Assembly: GCA_964016885.1 (NCBI GenBank)
Contig: OZ024747.1
Location: 38,936,001-39,000,000, forward strand
DNA from: Eledone cirrhosa
Lineage: Eukaryota
Direction: 5' to 3'
Length of the DNA stretch: 64,000 nucleotides
In this document: positions 1 through 15,037 of the stretch, piece by piece
Layout of the letters: each line of letters begins with the position of its first letter
Position numbering within the stretch: the stretch's first letter is position 1
Notes under the pieces: generated by a model
The model's database searches: none
What the model was told of the DNA's origin: nothing
The model's input: the letters and a program-made list of their open reading frames with translations, nothing else
Made by a program: the position numbers and the translations under genes

Positions 1-387
1 ATATACAATACGTACATTTATATGTATAACGCTATGAACCTGAACGAACACATTTTTAATTTAAGCCTGGCCGGCTACCGCTCTTCATGCAAATGAGATT
101 CATCAGCAGAAATATATATGATTCTAGCTTATTATAACCTGAGTGAAGGTATGGAGATATGTGGTGTTGATAACAGCTTATCAGCTAGACACGAAGTATT
201 GCCGATTGATTCCCCCTGATTTTGCTTATGTTAGGCGTATAACGTTTGTCACAATTTTAAAAATATATAAGGAAAGGGCTTCAAATTTTTTCATATACAT
301 TCCGAGCAGTATTCCGTATACAATACATACATTTATATCTATTACCACTATGTGGGAGCCCCTATATATATAGAGCCCACATATTTA

Positions 388-438
<51 letters not shown>

Positions 439-441
<3 letters not shown>

Positions 442-575
442 AAAATATGTTTTGAAACAGTGAGCAGGTTTGAAATTAGAAAATAGAATAGCTTTCAGTG
501 TATTTTTTTACTAAAGAAAATTCAGTTTGATAATGGGGTTTAGAACCCTCAAATAGATGGAAAAATATGAGGATT

Positions 576-579
<4 letters not shown>
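439..579 (-). mobile_element. Truncated copy of the tRNA-like-bearing ~250-bp TA-targeted element
   Basis: Aligns by eye with 19553-19685 (tatgttttgaaacagtgagca...ggggttta.aaccctca...); lies between two (TA)n tracts and stops at the tRNA acceptor stem. Confidence 0.75.
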
Positions 580-629
<50 letters not shown>

Positions 630-759
630 TTTGATAAGTTGGGCCAGCCAACTAAATGTACGTTCCTGCTATACTAATATGTCTTCGTTGGTGTACTGGT
701 TTTAACGCTAATATACACCCACACGCACACCCACACACAAACACACACACACACACGCG

Positions 760-793
<34 letters not shown>

Positions 794-808
794 AATATAT
801 ATATATAC

Positions 809-893
<85 letters not shown>

Positions 894-3144
894 AAATATA
901 TAACGTCTGGTTTAAAATCAGATACTGATTATCTCACTGGAGACAATATATATATATACATATTTCTCTCTCCATATCTGCTCAGTAATCTTCAGTAGGC
1001 TTATTTAATATTGCATAACATAGTTATGAAATAATTGTTTTTTTAATGATACAGATCTCTGTGACCACTTGATGTTTAGTAAACATCTTCATATATGTCT
1101 ATATATATATATATATGGGGTGAATGGGAGTGGGGTGTATATGTGTGTATGTGTGTATGTGTGTTTGTGTGTGTGTGCACGTGCGTGTGTTTGTGTGTGT
1201 ATGTGTGTAGACGCAGACAATAATATTGTTTCAGGGACGGAGAATATTTGATGGGGAGTTTTGTTTTACGCTCATTCAGTAACTAAAGAAACTTTTTTGT
1301 CGCATCAACGGTATATATGAGGTCATTATGTAAACCTGATGCAGTATTTTCTTCTCAACATATATTCTTATCTAGCATATGCTTCAACAGAACATTTGTA
1401 TAGGCAATATTTTCTGCAAAACTCTTTTTCCATTCACCGTTTCTTTTTCATTTCTTTTGTGATAGTTTAATGTCCATATAGATATATATTGAACTATTGA
1501 ACTCCTGGATTAGAACGTATCCAAGAAAAAGAAAAGTAGCGAATGAACCAACTACCCCATGTTTCTGGGCTATATATTCAATTGAAAGTGAACATACATA
1601 AGAGATATCAGCAAACAGCTTCTAGATGCAATCATACAGTTTATGCCTCTTTATCTTTAACGACAGTGTCGAATACAACGTTTTCATTGAAACGGGTTTT
1701 TTTTTCGTTAATAAAAGCAGTATTCCGACAATTTCTAAGAGTTCGAGTGATAACGTATACGCTCCTTTTTTCATACATAATCGTTATTTAGCTTAATATA
1801 ATTTTTTGTAGATGTTTCTTTTTATAATTTATTGGATTCAATAGAAACCAAAAAAATAGGTATAATTGGACGTGTTTCTGAATAAGTTAAATCTCAATAA
1901 TTATACATATACAGATATTCATACGCTGCTGTTGAAGCAATAAACAACATGGTAACATTGAGATAAATTTATATATGGACAAACATATAGTTTGCCTACA
2001 ATATACGCATCTATACACACATTGTATGCAGTTTTTTACCCACTATTTCTTTTTAAACTCCCTCTCTCACAGTTTCCCCTTCTTCATCACACGAACGTAT
2101 TCTGACTCTTACACTCATCCAATTGTAGAGTTATTTATCAACACACTTAGATATTGGATTTAGCTCTCTTGTATATTTATTGTATGTTGAATTAATCCAG
2201 TTAAGAAGGTGTAATGTTTATAATACTGCATGGGAATCGTATTACAAGTGTGTATATTACATATATACTACCCTATGTGCATTTAAGATGCAGAAAGTAC
2301 CCCAGAAAATGTTTCCCTGACATATAATGTTATATTCATAACCAGTGCTGTTTCATACCTTCTTTTTCTATATACGACTTGTTAAATTAACATATAAGCA
2401 TAGCTAAGAATACGATTCATATCTGTTTCATTCACTACTTGGCTTTAAAAACGAAATCCCTTCCCCTTTGCGTAGTCGATCTCATTTAATTCATCTCCTG
2501 GCCTTGTTTATTTATTTATTTTTTTTAGATACGAAATGACTTCATGTGTAATATAGATTTTCGCTGTTTGACCCTACGGTACACATTTAAATGTAAGACA
2601 TACATTCTTGATAATTCTGTGTTTAGAATAACTATATGATCCATAAGTACATCATTCTGCGATAAGGATATCTGAAAATATTTCCCTTAAATGTCGCGCA
2701 GCGTGTTGGCATATAAAGTAAGACAAGCCTATAAAATATGTATCCGCACATTTACAGGTAATAATAGTATACTTTACATTGTTCATGAACAGGGAGAATC
2801 TAGATAGGAAATATACGAGAGTTCATTTCCAACCTTATTCCACATTTTAAATTCTATTGCTCAGGCAGAGGAACTGCCGCTAATGGCATATTCTAGAATC
2901 ACATGGCTCGATGGTTGCTTCAATGTTTATGTCCAAAATATTTAGCGTTATTTAAGTTAGCAGCTCTCACTGGAGGTAATTTAGATCAATGGTAAGGACC
3001 GCTCAGTCGGAATTTGAGAGGTATAGCTTTCGATTCTTTGTAGCAGCTACTGAACACCTTTTGCACCGTCTTTCATGTTATTTTACCCGATTCTGTAAAC
3101 CTGTGTTCAGAGCTATTTTCCTCCATTCGAGATTTTCTACATTT

Positions 3145-3183
<39 letters not shown>

Positions 3184-3198
3184 ACACACACACACACG

Positions 3199-3239
<41 letters not shown>

Positions 3240-3974
3240 ACACATATAAGTATATATATATATATGTATGCGTGAGTGCATGTATTTTCTTGAATGTATT
3301 CAAGTGGATGATTAATTCAACACGAGTTATAGTTTTTACATATCAATTGCGTATTTTGCTATTAAATAAATATGCACGCCAGATATGACCGCTGACACAC
3401 TGATATCATATACCTATACCTGCTTACATTCAAATGCATCCATCTACATACCATTAGTTTTACAATTGATGGAGGGACCAATTTGGGTTTGAGAAATTAA
3501 TATTAATATGTAATATGCACTGAACACGTAAGTGAATATATATCTATCTCGTTTATATAGAAGATGTAAACATTAAGGTATGTAACAATATGATTATCGT
3601 ATGACATTCAATCCTTATGCTCTCAAAAATTAATACATGTACGAGAGGTCTGCATAAAATCAAATACTGAAGCTTAAATAGACGTGTTATAGTTCACAAT
3701 ACTGGTCTCAAATTAGCTTCATTAACGTTTCAATTTAGAGTTCGATTGCAGCAATACCTTCTTCTTCTATGATAATATGTATATATGCTAATCATGAGGA
3801 AATAAGAGATATTATGTAGTTGCTATTTACGAATCGTCAGAATATTAATAAATATATTTTGTGTATGTGCGCGCAAGTTATCACATTTGTGAATGCTATG
3901 AACGCCCATATCCCTGTTTCAATCATATTTATAGATTATGTTTATAAATTTGTACGTTCATGGACTGAATTGAA

Positions 3975-4170
3975 GCAGTGGATTGGCAGTATTGGTAGAG
4001 CGTCGGACACCATGCTTTGACACATAGAGTTACAGCCTTTGCCATGCTGAGTTCAAATCCCGCTTAGGGTAACTTTGCTTTTCATCCTTACGGGATCGAT
4101 AAAATAAAGTACCAGTAATGCACTGGTTAATTGCTGGCATTGTGCCAAAAGTAGAAACAATTATTTATTA
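3975..4170 (+). mobile_element. tRNA-derived SINE (main family in window)
   Basis: A-box-like tggcagtattgg, B box gagttcaaatcc, central ttttcatccttacgggatcgataaaataaagtaccagt (Meta/MESC-like), tail ttgtgccaaaagtagaaacaattattt. Confidence 0.85.
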
Positions 4171-7100
4171 CAATAACGCATGGGATGAAAAAATGTTTTC
4201 TTTTTCATGGTTATTTTGATTTTTCGCTTAATTTCTTTGCCTTACGATGAAGCAGTCACTTTGTTTATTTTGTTTTTCCTCATAATGAGTTCGATAAAAT
4301 AACAATCAATATCATATGGTCGATTTAAGGGACTATACGTTCTCTGATAATATTTATAATTTGTCTGAAGTAATCTATATACGTATACTTCCTTTACCTC
4401 TTAAAATATCGATGATAAATTTCAAACTCGAATATGGTGAGGTTTGTAGTGGAGAATTCGAAACATCACACACCAAAGTAACAACACGAATAGTAATCAA
4501 TGGTAAAAATACATTTTTACCATTATTCTACTACATTGCCTATTATATATTAGGAATATAAAACAAATCTGTCAAGGCTGTTACATCGAAAGAATATATG
4601 TGGCGTTTACATTTTCTGATTTCTCTATAAACGTTTTTCATTCTTTGAAATATCTACTACATCTACTAAGTTCTCTACCGAGAGAGAACATAAAAATTGT
4701 AATCGATAATACTGAAGGCAGTATTAATTGCTGCATTGGAGTATGTTTTGAGATTTTGAGTAGTCGATTTATACAGTGAAAGCGATGGCTTTACAGCAGA
4801 AATATTCGGAGCTTATATTCATAGTAATGTATACCGTTACAGATTCTGATTTGTTCGTAGAATTCCTGAACTACAGCTCATAGACTGCAGGTTACATCAT
4901 TGTCATGGGCTTGTAGAGCATTGTGAATAATATAATGATAGTGAGAAGGTTAGATATCTTTCTTTAAGGAAAGATAGAACGGTAGATAGTCAGACAGACA
5001 GATAGATCATTAGATTAATTCACACATAGATAAATGGATAAGTAGATAGATATATTTCTTTATTTGGCACAAGGGCCCACAAGAAAACGGAACAATACAA
5101 AGACATGCCGGGTATTTTACATACACTCGTGTAAAAAAATATAAAACAAACAATTATAACAGTCGAAATCCCCAATAAGGGGGAGGCGTCAAAAATGGCT
5201 TGTTTAATACCCCGTAGATAGAACAACCCTCAACACCAGGAGCGTGTTCTGCAAGTGCCCCTTTCTTCCTTTTGCTCTCGTCTTTAACCTACAGGCTTAT
5301 ATCCAGAGAAGGCCCAATCACTCGGGCCATTTTTGTCACATTCACCCACCTTTCAGTAAATTTACTGGGGAGCAGTGCCTCTCTCTCCATTCTGATTCTC
5401 CTTCTAAAGTGGTACCTAAAGAAGGGAATGTGTTGTTGTCCGGAGAGAAAGGCATCTGTCTTCAGTCATCTCAATCTCGTCCACCATATAACCTCTTTCC
5501 CCTTACCCACTATACAGAGGAAAACTGCCTCTCTTTCGTCTTTGAAAGAAGGTGGCAGTTTGATCCTTACTATGGACTCTGCAGTCAACTGGATTTGTCC
5601 CATACGTGACAGCAGTCGTTCTGCGTAGTTCCACAGGTCGGTTATGCCCGGGCAGTGTACAATTGCATGTAAGACAGTTTCAATGTCCTGCCCGCATCTT
5701 AGACACGTCCTCCTAGAAGGATCCTTGCCGGGGCGTCTGTGCCTGTAGATCTTGTCACGACTGGTAGAGCTCCTCGGTAGCACTGCAAGGCCAGAGACCT
5801 CTGGAAGTTGTCCATAGGTCCTGGGCGGAAAGTCCTATCAAACAGACTGGTGAGTTCGTCGTCTTAGACGCCTAGAGTTTCTCCGGGCACGTCGTCGCCC
5901 CTGTGACGTACTAACCCACTATAGAATGTCAAAGTGGAGTCTGCACTGATTGTTGTGCCCGCTTGACAGAGGACTGTGAGCACCTGAGCGCATTCAATGT
6001 TCCAGGCGCCCATATTTTTCGGTCTCTGCTTGACCCAGGATTGCACTCCGTCATCGAGACAAGTTTCGGGAAGGCCTGTCTCACAAACGGTGCCCACACT
6101 GGTTGGGGGTCGGTGAAGAATGCCTGTAGATGCCGTAACCTCAGCGCATGTTTGCACATCATCAGCCACGGCATTCCCAGCCGTCCGTTGGAAGGGTGCT
6201 GACAGCAGGCGCATCTCCTCACCAGTGGGGCTCGCTTCTTCCAAAGGAACTGGAAGAGTATGCGTTCCATCTTGGTGAGGTGCTCACGTGTACAAGGCAC
6301 GACGGTCAAGCGGTAGTAGATGATGGACGCTATGAAAGTGTTGGCCATCTCCGTTCGACCTTTCAAGGATAGTTTGCACTCTGCCCACATCTGGGTGAGC
6401 GCAAATAGTTTGGCCGTGACCTCGTTTCAGTTTTTCTCCACCTGGAGGTCCGTACCGAACCAGACCCCGAGCAATTTCATCGGTCCGTCCGTCCAGCGTC
6501 CGACGGCGCATATCTTTAACTCTGTTTAAGCAGAATTATGAGCCTAAAGTTGCTTAGGTCGTCCCCCTTGTTCTCGTCTTTCCTGATCAGCGTTACTACA
6601 CCCCTGACTGCAGAACTGGGAATTCCCCCGTTCTGCTGCCAGTTGCTGTAGACGGCTTCAAGGACGCCCGAGAACAAGTCCGGCATGTCTATGTTAAACA
6701 CTTATGGTAGACTATCTAGACCGGGTGATTTGCGTTTCCCGCAGCGGCCCAAAGCATCCCGTATCTCAGTGGCTGTGATCGGTCTTTCGCAGAACTCGGT
6801 GTCCATGCTCGAGAGACACGGCAGGCCGTCGAGATATGAACCAAAGTCCATGGTTCCGTTCGACGCACCGCCACTCTGCTCGAACAGTTGCGCAAAGTGC
6901 CGCTGAAAAGCCGCGCACATCCGCTTGGGGTCAAGTCGCACGCGTCCGTTTTGGTATTTCAAAGAGCGAATCGTGGACGTATTACCACTTTTGGCCTCTG
7001 CCACTCGGGCCGCCCAGCTAACAGCTTTTGCTACCTCGTTTACTATAGCACGGGATTTACTTCTGACCACGCAGCCTTCGTGTTTCGCATCGAAGAACTG

Positions 7101-7171
7101 GGCCAGTGACGTTCTCGTTGCTAGCACTCTAGCTACGCTGCCACTCTTAAGCGCCTCCTCTACATTGGCTA

Positions 7172-8060
7172 CTAGTTCCGTTTGTGTTTTTTTTTCTCTA
7201 AGTCTAACTCTCTGCTAAGGTCTATCGACTCTACTCTAATTGCTTTCTTGAGTGAGTACCACCATCTATTGTTGACGATGACTCCCGTCAATTGTTGCTT
7301 AACCAATCTACTTATCCGTTCACTGTAGGCTTTACGTGTCGGTAGCGACACGCTCAGCTTCCAGTATCTGGGTCCTTGTCTATGTATTCTTCTCACGGTT
7401 GACTATGCATTTGTGGACAGCATAACATCTTCTTGTCTCTCTCTCTAACAAAGAACCTGTCTAAATACGATCTAGATGTCCCCCTGCAATTTGTCCACGT
7501 CCACTGTGATGCAGTCGGGAAATCCAGTCGATATCTATCGGCCAGTTGGAATTGGCCGATTAAACTTTTGAGGCTGTTGCACTCAGTTCTACTGGGACAT
7601 GATCCTACATAGTTCCATCGTGCGTCTAGAATACCATTCCAGTCCCCACGAAAAGCAAGGAGCGAGACGTTCCCAGAAAAGACTTTAGACGCTTAAAGAT
7701 GTCTGGCCGTGATTGCCCAGTCGGGACATAAACGGCCACCAGTCTGAAGGCTCCACCTCCAAGACTGTTTACGTCTAGGACTACTAGTCTACCCTCCGGG
7801 TCCAAGTGTACTTGCTGTACTTCGAGGTCCAGGTTTTTCCGAAACATGACAGCCACGCCCCCTTCCCCTTCTGCCTGACAGAGAGATGCGCAGATCTGAA
7901 AGTCATTGAAGATGGGGCTTAGTTGCTGCCTGCTGTGGATCCTGGACTCGGTGATGGCTATCACATCCATACCGTGTGACCTAGGGTCGTTTTAAAATTG
8001 GTCCTGTTTCCAGGGCATCCCTAGGCCACGCACATTCACGCTTCCAACTTGTAGATTAGC
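7172..8060 (-). pseudogene. LINE ORF2 apurinic-like endonuclease domain (broken)
   Basis: ORFs 7626-7970 and 7172-7396 plus the upstream frame IANLQVGSVNVRG; stops and frameshifts present. Confidence 0.85.
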
Positions 8061-8366
8061 TATTTTTGTGGAGAAGAGTTGGCGAAAAAGGTCGAAAATG
8101 TGCACTTATTTTTTCGTTTCCTGGACATCGGGTTGTTCAATCTCCATTTGGGTGCTGGAGGGGTGTTGCGTGGGGTGGGAAAACCGTTTAACAGGACGCG
8201 GTTTATGGGTTTTGACAGGGGTTTCCCACGTCCTGCGAAAATTCAGTTTTTAGTTCGCTATATGTTCCCATGGAAACCCTTATCAGTTTGAGGTGTGGAG
8301 ACGATTCTGCTTTAACGAAAGTTTTACCCCCCATCTCCACCATGGGGTTTTGGGAGTTGACCTCCA

Positions 8367-9664
8367 TCAAATGCTTGTTGCTGGTGTTGATGTATGCGTA
8401 TTGTGTTTGTGTTTTTGTTGTGTTGTTTTAGTTTGTTGTTCGTCCGGGAGTTTTCTTTTTATGTTGGTGATTGTTGTTTTTGTGGCTTTGCGGTGCCTCT
8501 TTTTTGTTTTTTTTTTTGATTTTCGAGGCTGTCCTTCATCTTCACTTGAGGATGAAGAAGTAGCCTCGTCTGGCGAGGATTTGTCATCAGGAGCTTGCGG
8601 TAGGGGTATGTGTCGTGATGGTGTGTTTGTGTGTTTGTGGCAGGGTTGCATGGAATGAGATGGGGTGGGACTGTGTTCTTCGGGGAGTTGTTTGTGTTTT
8701 CCTGCTGTTGTTGGTTGAGTGGCTGTTTGTTTTTGTGCGTTTTCTTGTTTTGTGTTGTTGTTGTTGTGGTAGTGGTGGTGTTGTTTCGATGTTGGTGTTG
8801 GTAACAGTACTTTTAGGGGTTGTTTTTTTTTTAAATGTGTCTGTAAAGGGCAGGAGGCCTTTAGATGCGATGTATTGTTACATTGGAAGCAGTCGAAATG
8901 GTGATGTGGCTGTTGTTGTCGACCAGCACTCTTTCGGGTATTTTGAACATTCTCTCCGGCCTCATTTGCACCAGAATCTCCAAATTTGTACCAGACCACG
9001 TGTGTCTGGTTGATTTCTTGATGGGGAGAATGGTGTCCTGTTCCTCCGTTAAAAAGCCTGCCAATAACAACCAAATATAAATATTTGGTGGTATGTTAGT
9101 AATTCTGATTTCTTGAGTCCTTTTTCCCAGTTATGTAGGGAAAAACGTGTATTTTTTTGAGAACATTAGTGTCACGGAATATTTTTGTGCGAGGGTCTCG
9201 CTTTTGAGGAGGACAGAAATACTCTCATACTGTTTGGCCCTCTGCATAAAGTCTATGTTTGGCAATATCTGCTTCAAGGTTGCTTCAATTTCCTCTTGAC
9301 TGAGTAATGCCGGTTTTCCTGTTTCGTTTGAAACAGTTCGGAAGGTAACTGTCCTTCGAAGTGTTTCAAGACGAATTTCTGGGGGTGAGTTTATTTTAAA
9401 CCCACCGTTTTCTCCGAAAATGATAAACTCATTTGCTTCAGAGAGCATCTGTCTAGCATTGGAGATATCGAGATCCTTGAAATCTTGTTTGTTCATGACT
9501 GTGTGTGCAAAAGTTATTTTTTTGGTGTTGTGGTTGTCGGTTTTTCCGTTTGTAGTTGTGTCAATAGTTTTATTTTCTTTTGTTTTTTCTGTTGTTTTTG
9601 GTGTCTGTTGTACACTGTGTGGTTCAATTTTGTTTTTATTACATACTTCACTTTCGTGAAACAA
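8367..9664 (-). pseudogene. LINE ORF1 (gag-like, interrupted)
   Basis: ORFs 9131-9664, 8861-9070 and 8367-9074 with CFQCNNTSHLKASC zinc knuckle and a basic/Ser-rich tail, directly upstream of the APE. Confidence 0.75.
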
Positions 9665-10239
9665 AACCTTGTTGCCATTATTGCTCCAATAGTGACGCCG
9701 ATACGTGCAGAATTTGAGGCAACGTTAAAATACATTTTATTTGTGACTGTTTCTGTAAAAGTCATTTTTTAATTTTGTTGTTGTGGCTGTTATGGTGTCC
9801 GTTTTTCTGTTTGTAGTTGTGTCAATTGTTATATTTTCTGTTGTTTTTGGTGTCTGTTGTACACTGTGTGGTTCAATTTTGTTTTTATTGTATACTTCAC
9901 TTTCGTGAAACAAAACGTTATTGTCAGCTACATTGATACAGGCAGAGCTGGTATCAACGTTAAAGTCTATTTCCTTCTTTTTTTCCTTCCTCAACGTTCG
10001 CTAGCGTTCCTTGTACGCTAGCGAACGTAGATGGCAAAATATTTTTAAAAAAGGACAGTTTTATTTAAATTAAATTTTCGCCTCTGTGGGGGCGAAAAGT
10101 GAGATTGCCACCCAGCTGACAATTCAGCCCGGGGGTTAATCTACAAAACAATGGGTTATTTTTTGCAAGAATTTCTGTTTTTTATAAATAAATTGACATA
10201 AACTTACCAGCTAAATTGTGTACATCCTCCTATAGATAG

Positions 10240-11974
10240 ATATATTTCTTTTATTTGCCACTAGGGCATCAAAAGTGGGACAAGTACAAAGGGGGGAGTT
10301 TACACAAAAAGGCGTCCTCAATAAGGAGGAGGCAATAACAAAATATAAAAATAAAATAAGATATAACAAAAAATAAAATTTTTAACAAAATCCTCAATAG
10401 AGAGGAGGCGCCTTGGGGGTCGCACACACCCCCGAAAAAAGTGTGCAACCCTTCTCCTCAGGAGCACAGAGAAGGGGTGCTCCCTTGGTCTTTCATCTTC
10501 CTCACCTATAGTCTGATGTAGAGTGAAGGCCCATTCACACGGGCCATTCTCGCCACTTTCACCCATCTTTCATAGAAACGGCTGGGGTGCAGCACCTCTC
10601 TCTCCATCCTGATCCTTCTTCCGAAATGATATCGGAAGAAACGGACCAGTTGTTGGCCAGAGAGAAAGGTGCCCGACCTCAGTCCTTTCAGACGCGTCCA
10701 CCATACAACCTCTTTCGCCATGGCTATTACGCACAGAAACACCGCCTCTGCTTCATCTTTGAAGGGGGGAGGCGGCTTGATCATTACAATAGACTCGGTG
10801 GTCAACCGGATCGGTCCCACCCTTGACAGCAGTTGTTCGACATAACCCCACAGATCGGCTACGCCCGAGCAGTGTACTAATGCGTGTGCAACGGTTTCCT
10901 CGTCGCACACGCATCTGGGACAGATCTTTTTGGCGGGGTCCCTACCCGGGCGCCCGTGTCTGTAGAGCCTTTCTCGAACGGGTAAAGCCCCTCGGTAGCA
11001 CTGCCAGGCCAGGGACTTCTGGAAGTTGTCCATAGGTCCCGGGCTGAATGTCCTACCGAACAGGCTGGCCAGTTCGTCCTCCTCCATGTCTAGGGCTTCT
11101 CCGAGGGCGTCGTCGCACCTGCTGCGTACCAGCCCTCTATAGAATGTTGCGGTGGAGTCTCCACTGATAACCGGATCCGCCTGCCAGAGGGCGGTGAGCG
11201 CCTGGGCACACTCAGTGTGCCAGGCGCCCAGTTTTCTCGGTCTTTGCTTGACCCAGGATTGCAGCTCGGTGAGTGAGACGAGTCTGGGAAAGGTTCGTCT
11301 CACAAACGGGGCCCACACCGGTTGTCCGGTGAGGAATACGTAGAGGTGCCGTAGCCTTAATGCGTGTTTACGCATCATTAGCCACGGCATCCCCAGCCCT
11401 CCTTTCGAAGGGTGTTGACAGCAGATGGATCTCCTCACCATAGGAGCCCACCTCTTCCAAAGGAATTGGAAGAGCGCGCGCTCCATCTTGGTGAGGGTTT
11501 CCCTTGGGCAGGGCACTACGGTCAGGCGGTAGTAGATGACGGACGCTATGTAGGTGTTCGCCACCTCCGCCCGACCTTTCAGGGATAGTTTGCAACTGGC
11601 CCACTTCTGGGTCAGTGCAAACACCCTGTTCGTAACCTCCGCCCAGTTTTTCTCCACCTGGAGGTCCGGTCCGAACCAGACCCCGAGCAACTTCACCGGG
11701 CCCTCCGTCCAGCGTCCGACGACGCTATCGGAGGGCATCGGTCTGCCCCTCCACGTGCCGAGTTGCAAACCGATCGACTTGTCCCGGTTCAGCTTAGCCC
11801 CTGTGAACTTTTCGTCCTCCTCCAGTAAGGTGCCGACCGCCTCGATTTCGGAGGCCGTCGACACCATTACTGTCACGTCATCGGCGAGGCCGACACCGCT
11901 TTCCGCAATCCCGGTTCCAAAGGGATGCCCTGCAACAACTCCAACTTCCGCAGTAGTGGCTCGAGAGTCAACAC

Positions 11975-11975
<1 letters not shown>
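10240..11975 (-). mobile_element. 5'-truncated L1/Tx1-clade LINE, related subfamily
   Basis: 456-aa ORF 10506-11876 homologous to 5400-6510 (KLLGVWFG, GGLGMP, CPRC...HALVHC); starts within RT (LEPLLRKL); YADD codons carry a 1-nt deletion (gcc t-c gcc gat gac) near 11885. Confidence 0.9.
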
Positions 11976-12071
<96 letters not shown>

Positions 12072-12097
12072 ATAGATAGATAGATAGACAGACAGAC
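11976..12097. repeat. (GATA)n microsatellite abutting the LINE 5' junction
   Basis: Seen directly. Confidence 0.95.
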
Positions 12098-13535
12098 ATA
12101 CGGTGAGTGGGTGAGATAGAGAATATTTGAAAGTATATATATTTGTATTATTTATATGTTTATAAATTCTTTGGGGGATACTGATCTGTTTTAACTAAAC
12201 ACCAGTTCACTATATCTACGTATGTTATTTATACGTTAAGAACGAGAAAATTGATTTGAATTAAAGATAAAAATATTGGCGGCGACCAGAAATTGTTTAC
12301 AATAACCTTATTCCGTTATCCTAATGTGCTATAAGTCAAATTCTTACCCCTGAATAGTGTATAATGTACAACTTCGACATAATTAATCCTTAATATTTTA
12401 TTCAAATAAGAAATATCATTGCTCAGAACATCTATTGAGTTTGTGTTGTTGTATGGATCAGGTAAATAGACATTAACACAATAAACTAGATGGTGCTGAC
12501 ATAAAGTGCTTGGTTTGTACAAAACATAATCTGGATTCAACTTCTTACAAATGAAATTTCTACCAACGTGCTCAAGGTAACGACTACAATTGCTTAATGA
12601 CGGTTACAATTTGTAGGACATTGCTGGAGACGTAAGCAGAACTTTATACACAAGCTAGTATTGTGGGAACCAACTCACGAGATACGCAGTACAGAAAGAC
12701 ATACTCGAGCCATCATCGGTCAACTCTCAGTAGGAAACAGTTGCCAGGAACAATGGAAGATTGTGAATTGTGGAGCGACTTTCCCAGGAATGTTCGACAA
12801 TAGTCGCAATGATTATGATGATTTTCTTCATTAAAATATAGTCTTTAAATGGCAGTGACGTCTCGCGCTGAATAACATGCATGTTCGTTTTGTTTTAACA
12901 ATATGAAAACACTGAAACAAACTAAGTAAATTAAAGATTAAGAACATTTCCACTTCAGATTTGAAACCGAATCTAAGAAGCGCGAATTTGCTTTAGTATC
13001 AGTTCACCTGAGTTGGAAGAAAGTTTGAGATACATAATGAAATCTAACATTAATTAGTTCTGGTTTTTCTTCTAATGAGTTTTATCCGAATATAACGAGA
13101 GATTAAACAAAATATTAATATCTGGTCACTGATTTTAATAAAGAGACAATTCTCCTTTCATCTTTATCTTTCTGATTTGTCAAATTGTTACATCTTTCTC
13201 CGAAGTTAATAAGTAATGAGATATCACTATAGAATGATAGAATATGTATAGTATATCATATAGAAAGTGCACATAGATTAATATAATACGTTTTGAAATT
13301 ACCCAAGAACGATTTCAATATGTTATGTATAAATAGGTTTCTACTTGTTATGTTTATTGAACGATGTTCAGAGAGGAATTAATGTTGACAACGATTAAAG
13401 TACATATAATTGCTATTATCTTTCATTTGAAATCATCATAATTTATTTTCTGTTTGCGAGTGCACACATATTTTAATAGAGAGCAAAATGGATGGAAATG
13501 GCCAGGAGCACCACACTCTTCCGCCCCATTCATCG

Positions 13536-13625
<90 letters not shown>

Positions 13626-13627
<2 letters not shown>

Positions 13628-14123
13628 AACCAGTAAGACCCCGACAGCTGAGCTCAAGCCGTTTCGACGGCTAATTCTCAAATAAAAGAAAAAAAGTTCT
13701 CCATCTAAGTCTTTTCGCAAATAGATCAATTTTTTGCGTGAGCATCCGAAGGTAGAGTTTTTTCGGTGGGATTGGGATGTTCTTGGTAGAGAAGTCAATG
13801 TTGTGTTTTCGCATGGTGCGGGTGAAATGAATTGAGCTTAGCGGAAAAAGTCTGGATACGGCGTGGTAGGGTCGGAAAGTGCTCTACTACGGGAGTAGGA
13901 GCTAGATAACGAAGGAAATGTGGTAAGGAACCAGGTGGACCATAACGCACCAAAGTACTCAATACTTGAGGTAGTAGAGTGGGTAATAGGAACCAGTAAG
14001 ACCCCGACAGCTGAGCTCAAGCCGTTTCGACGGCTAATTCTGAATTAGCCGTCGAAACGGCTGCGTTCTCCGTCGAGTGGTTCAACTGCATACTTGGGTG
14101 TCGGTAGACAACCAACATATAGT

Positions 14124-14126
<3 letters not shown>
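13626..14126 (-). mobile_element. PLE pLTR and 5' ORF fragment (family X) with tandem duplication and fold-back
   Basis: Minus frame from ATG 13814 reads MRKHNIDFSTKNIPIPPKKLYLRMLTQKIDLFAKRLRWRTFF, homologous to the N-terminus MEKHYLDMSLKNIP...RRVRWKT of 44622-45572; 3' half of an HHR (GAAACGGC...GCTGTC); TA-flanked. Confidence 0.8.

Positions 14127-15037
<911 letters not shown>

Larger units (their letters stand above)
5050..10215 (-). mobile_element. Degenerate near-full-length L1/Tx1-clade LINE (ORF1, APE, RT with core deleted, C-terminal zinc knuckle)
   Basis: ORF1 pieces 8367-9664; APE motifs (SVNVRG, IAITES, LVAVYVP, YWKL); RT entry KSPGLDSLP/DDLSNFRLI jumps directly to GPMKLLGVWFG at ~6510; zinc-knuckle-like CLRCGQDIETVLHAIVHC; 3' end aataaagaaatatatctatc. 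Confidence 0.9.
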
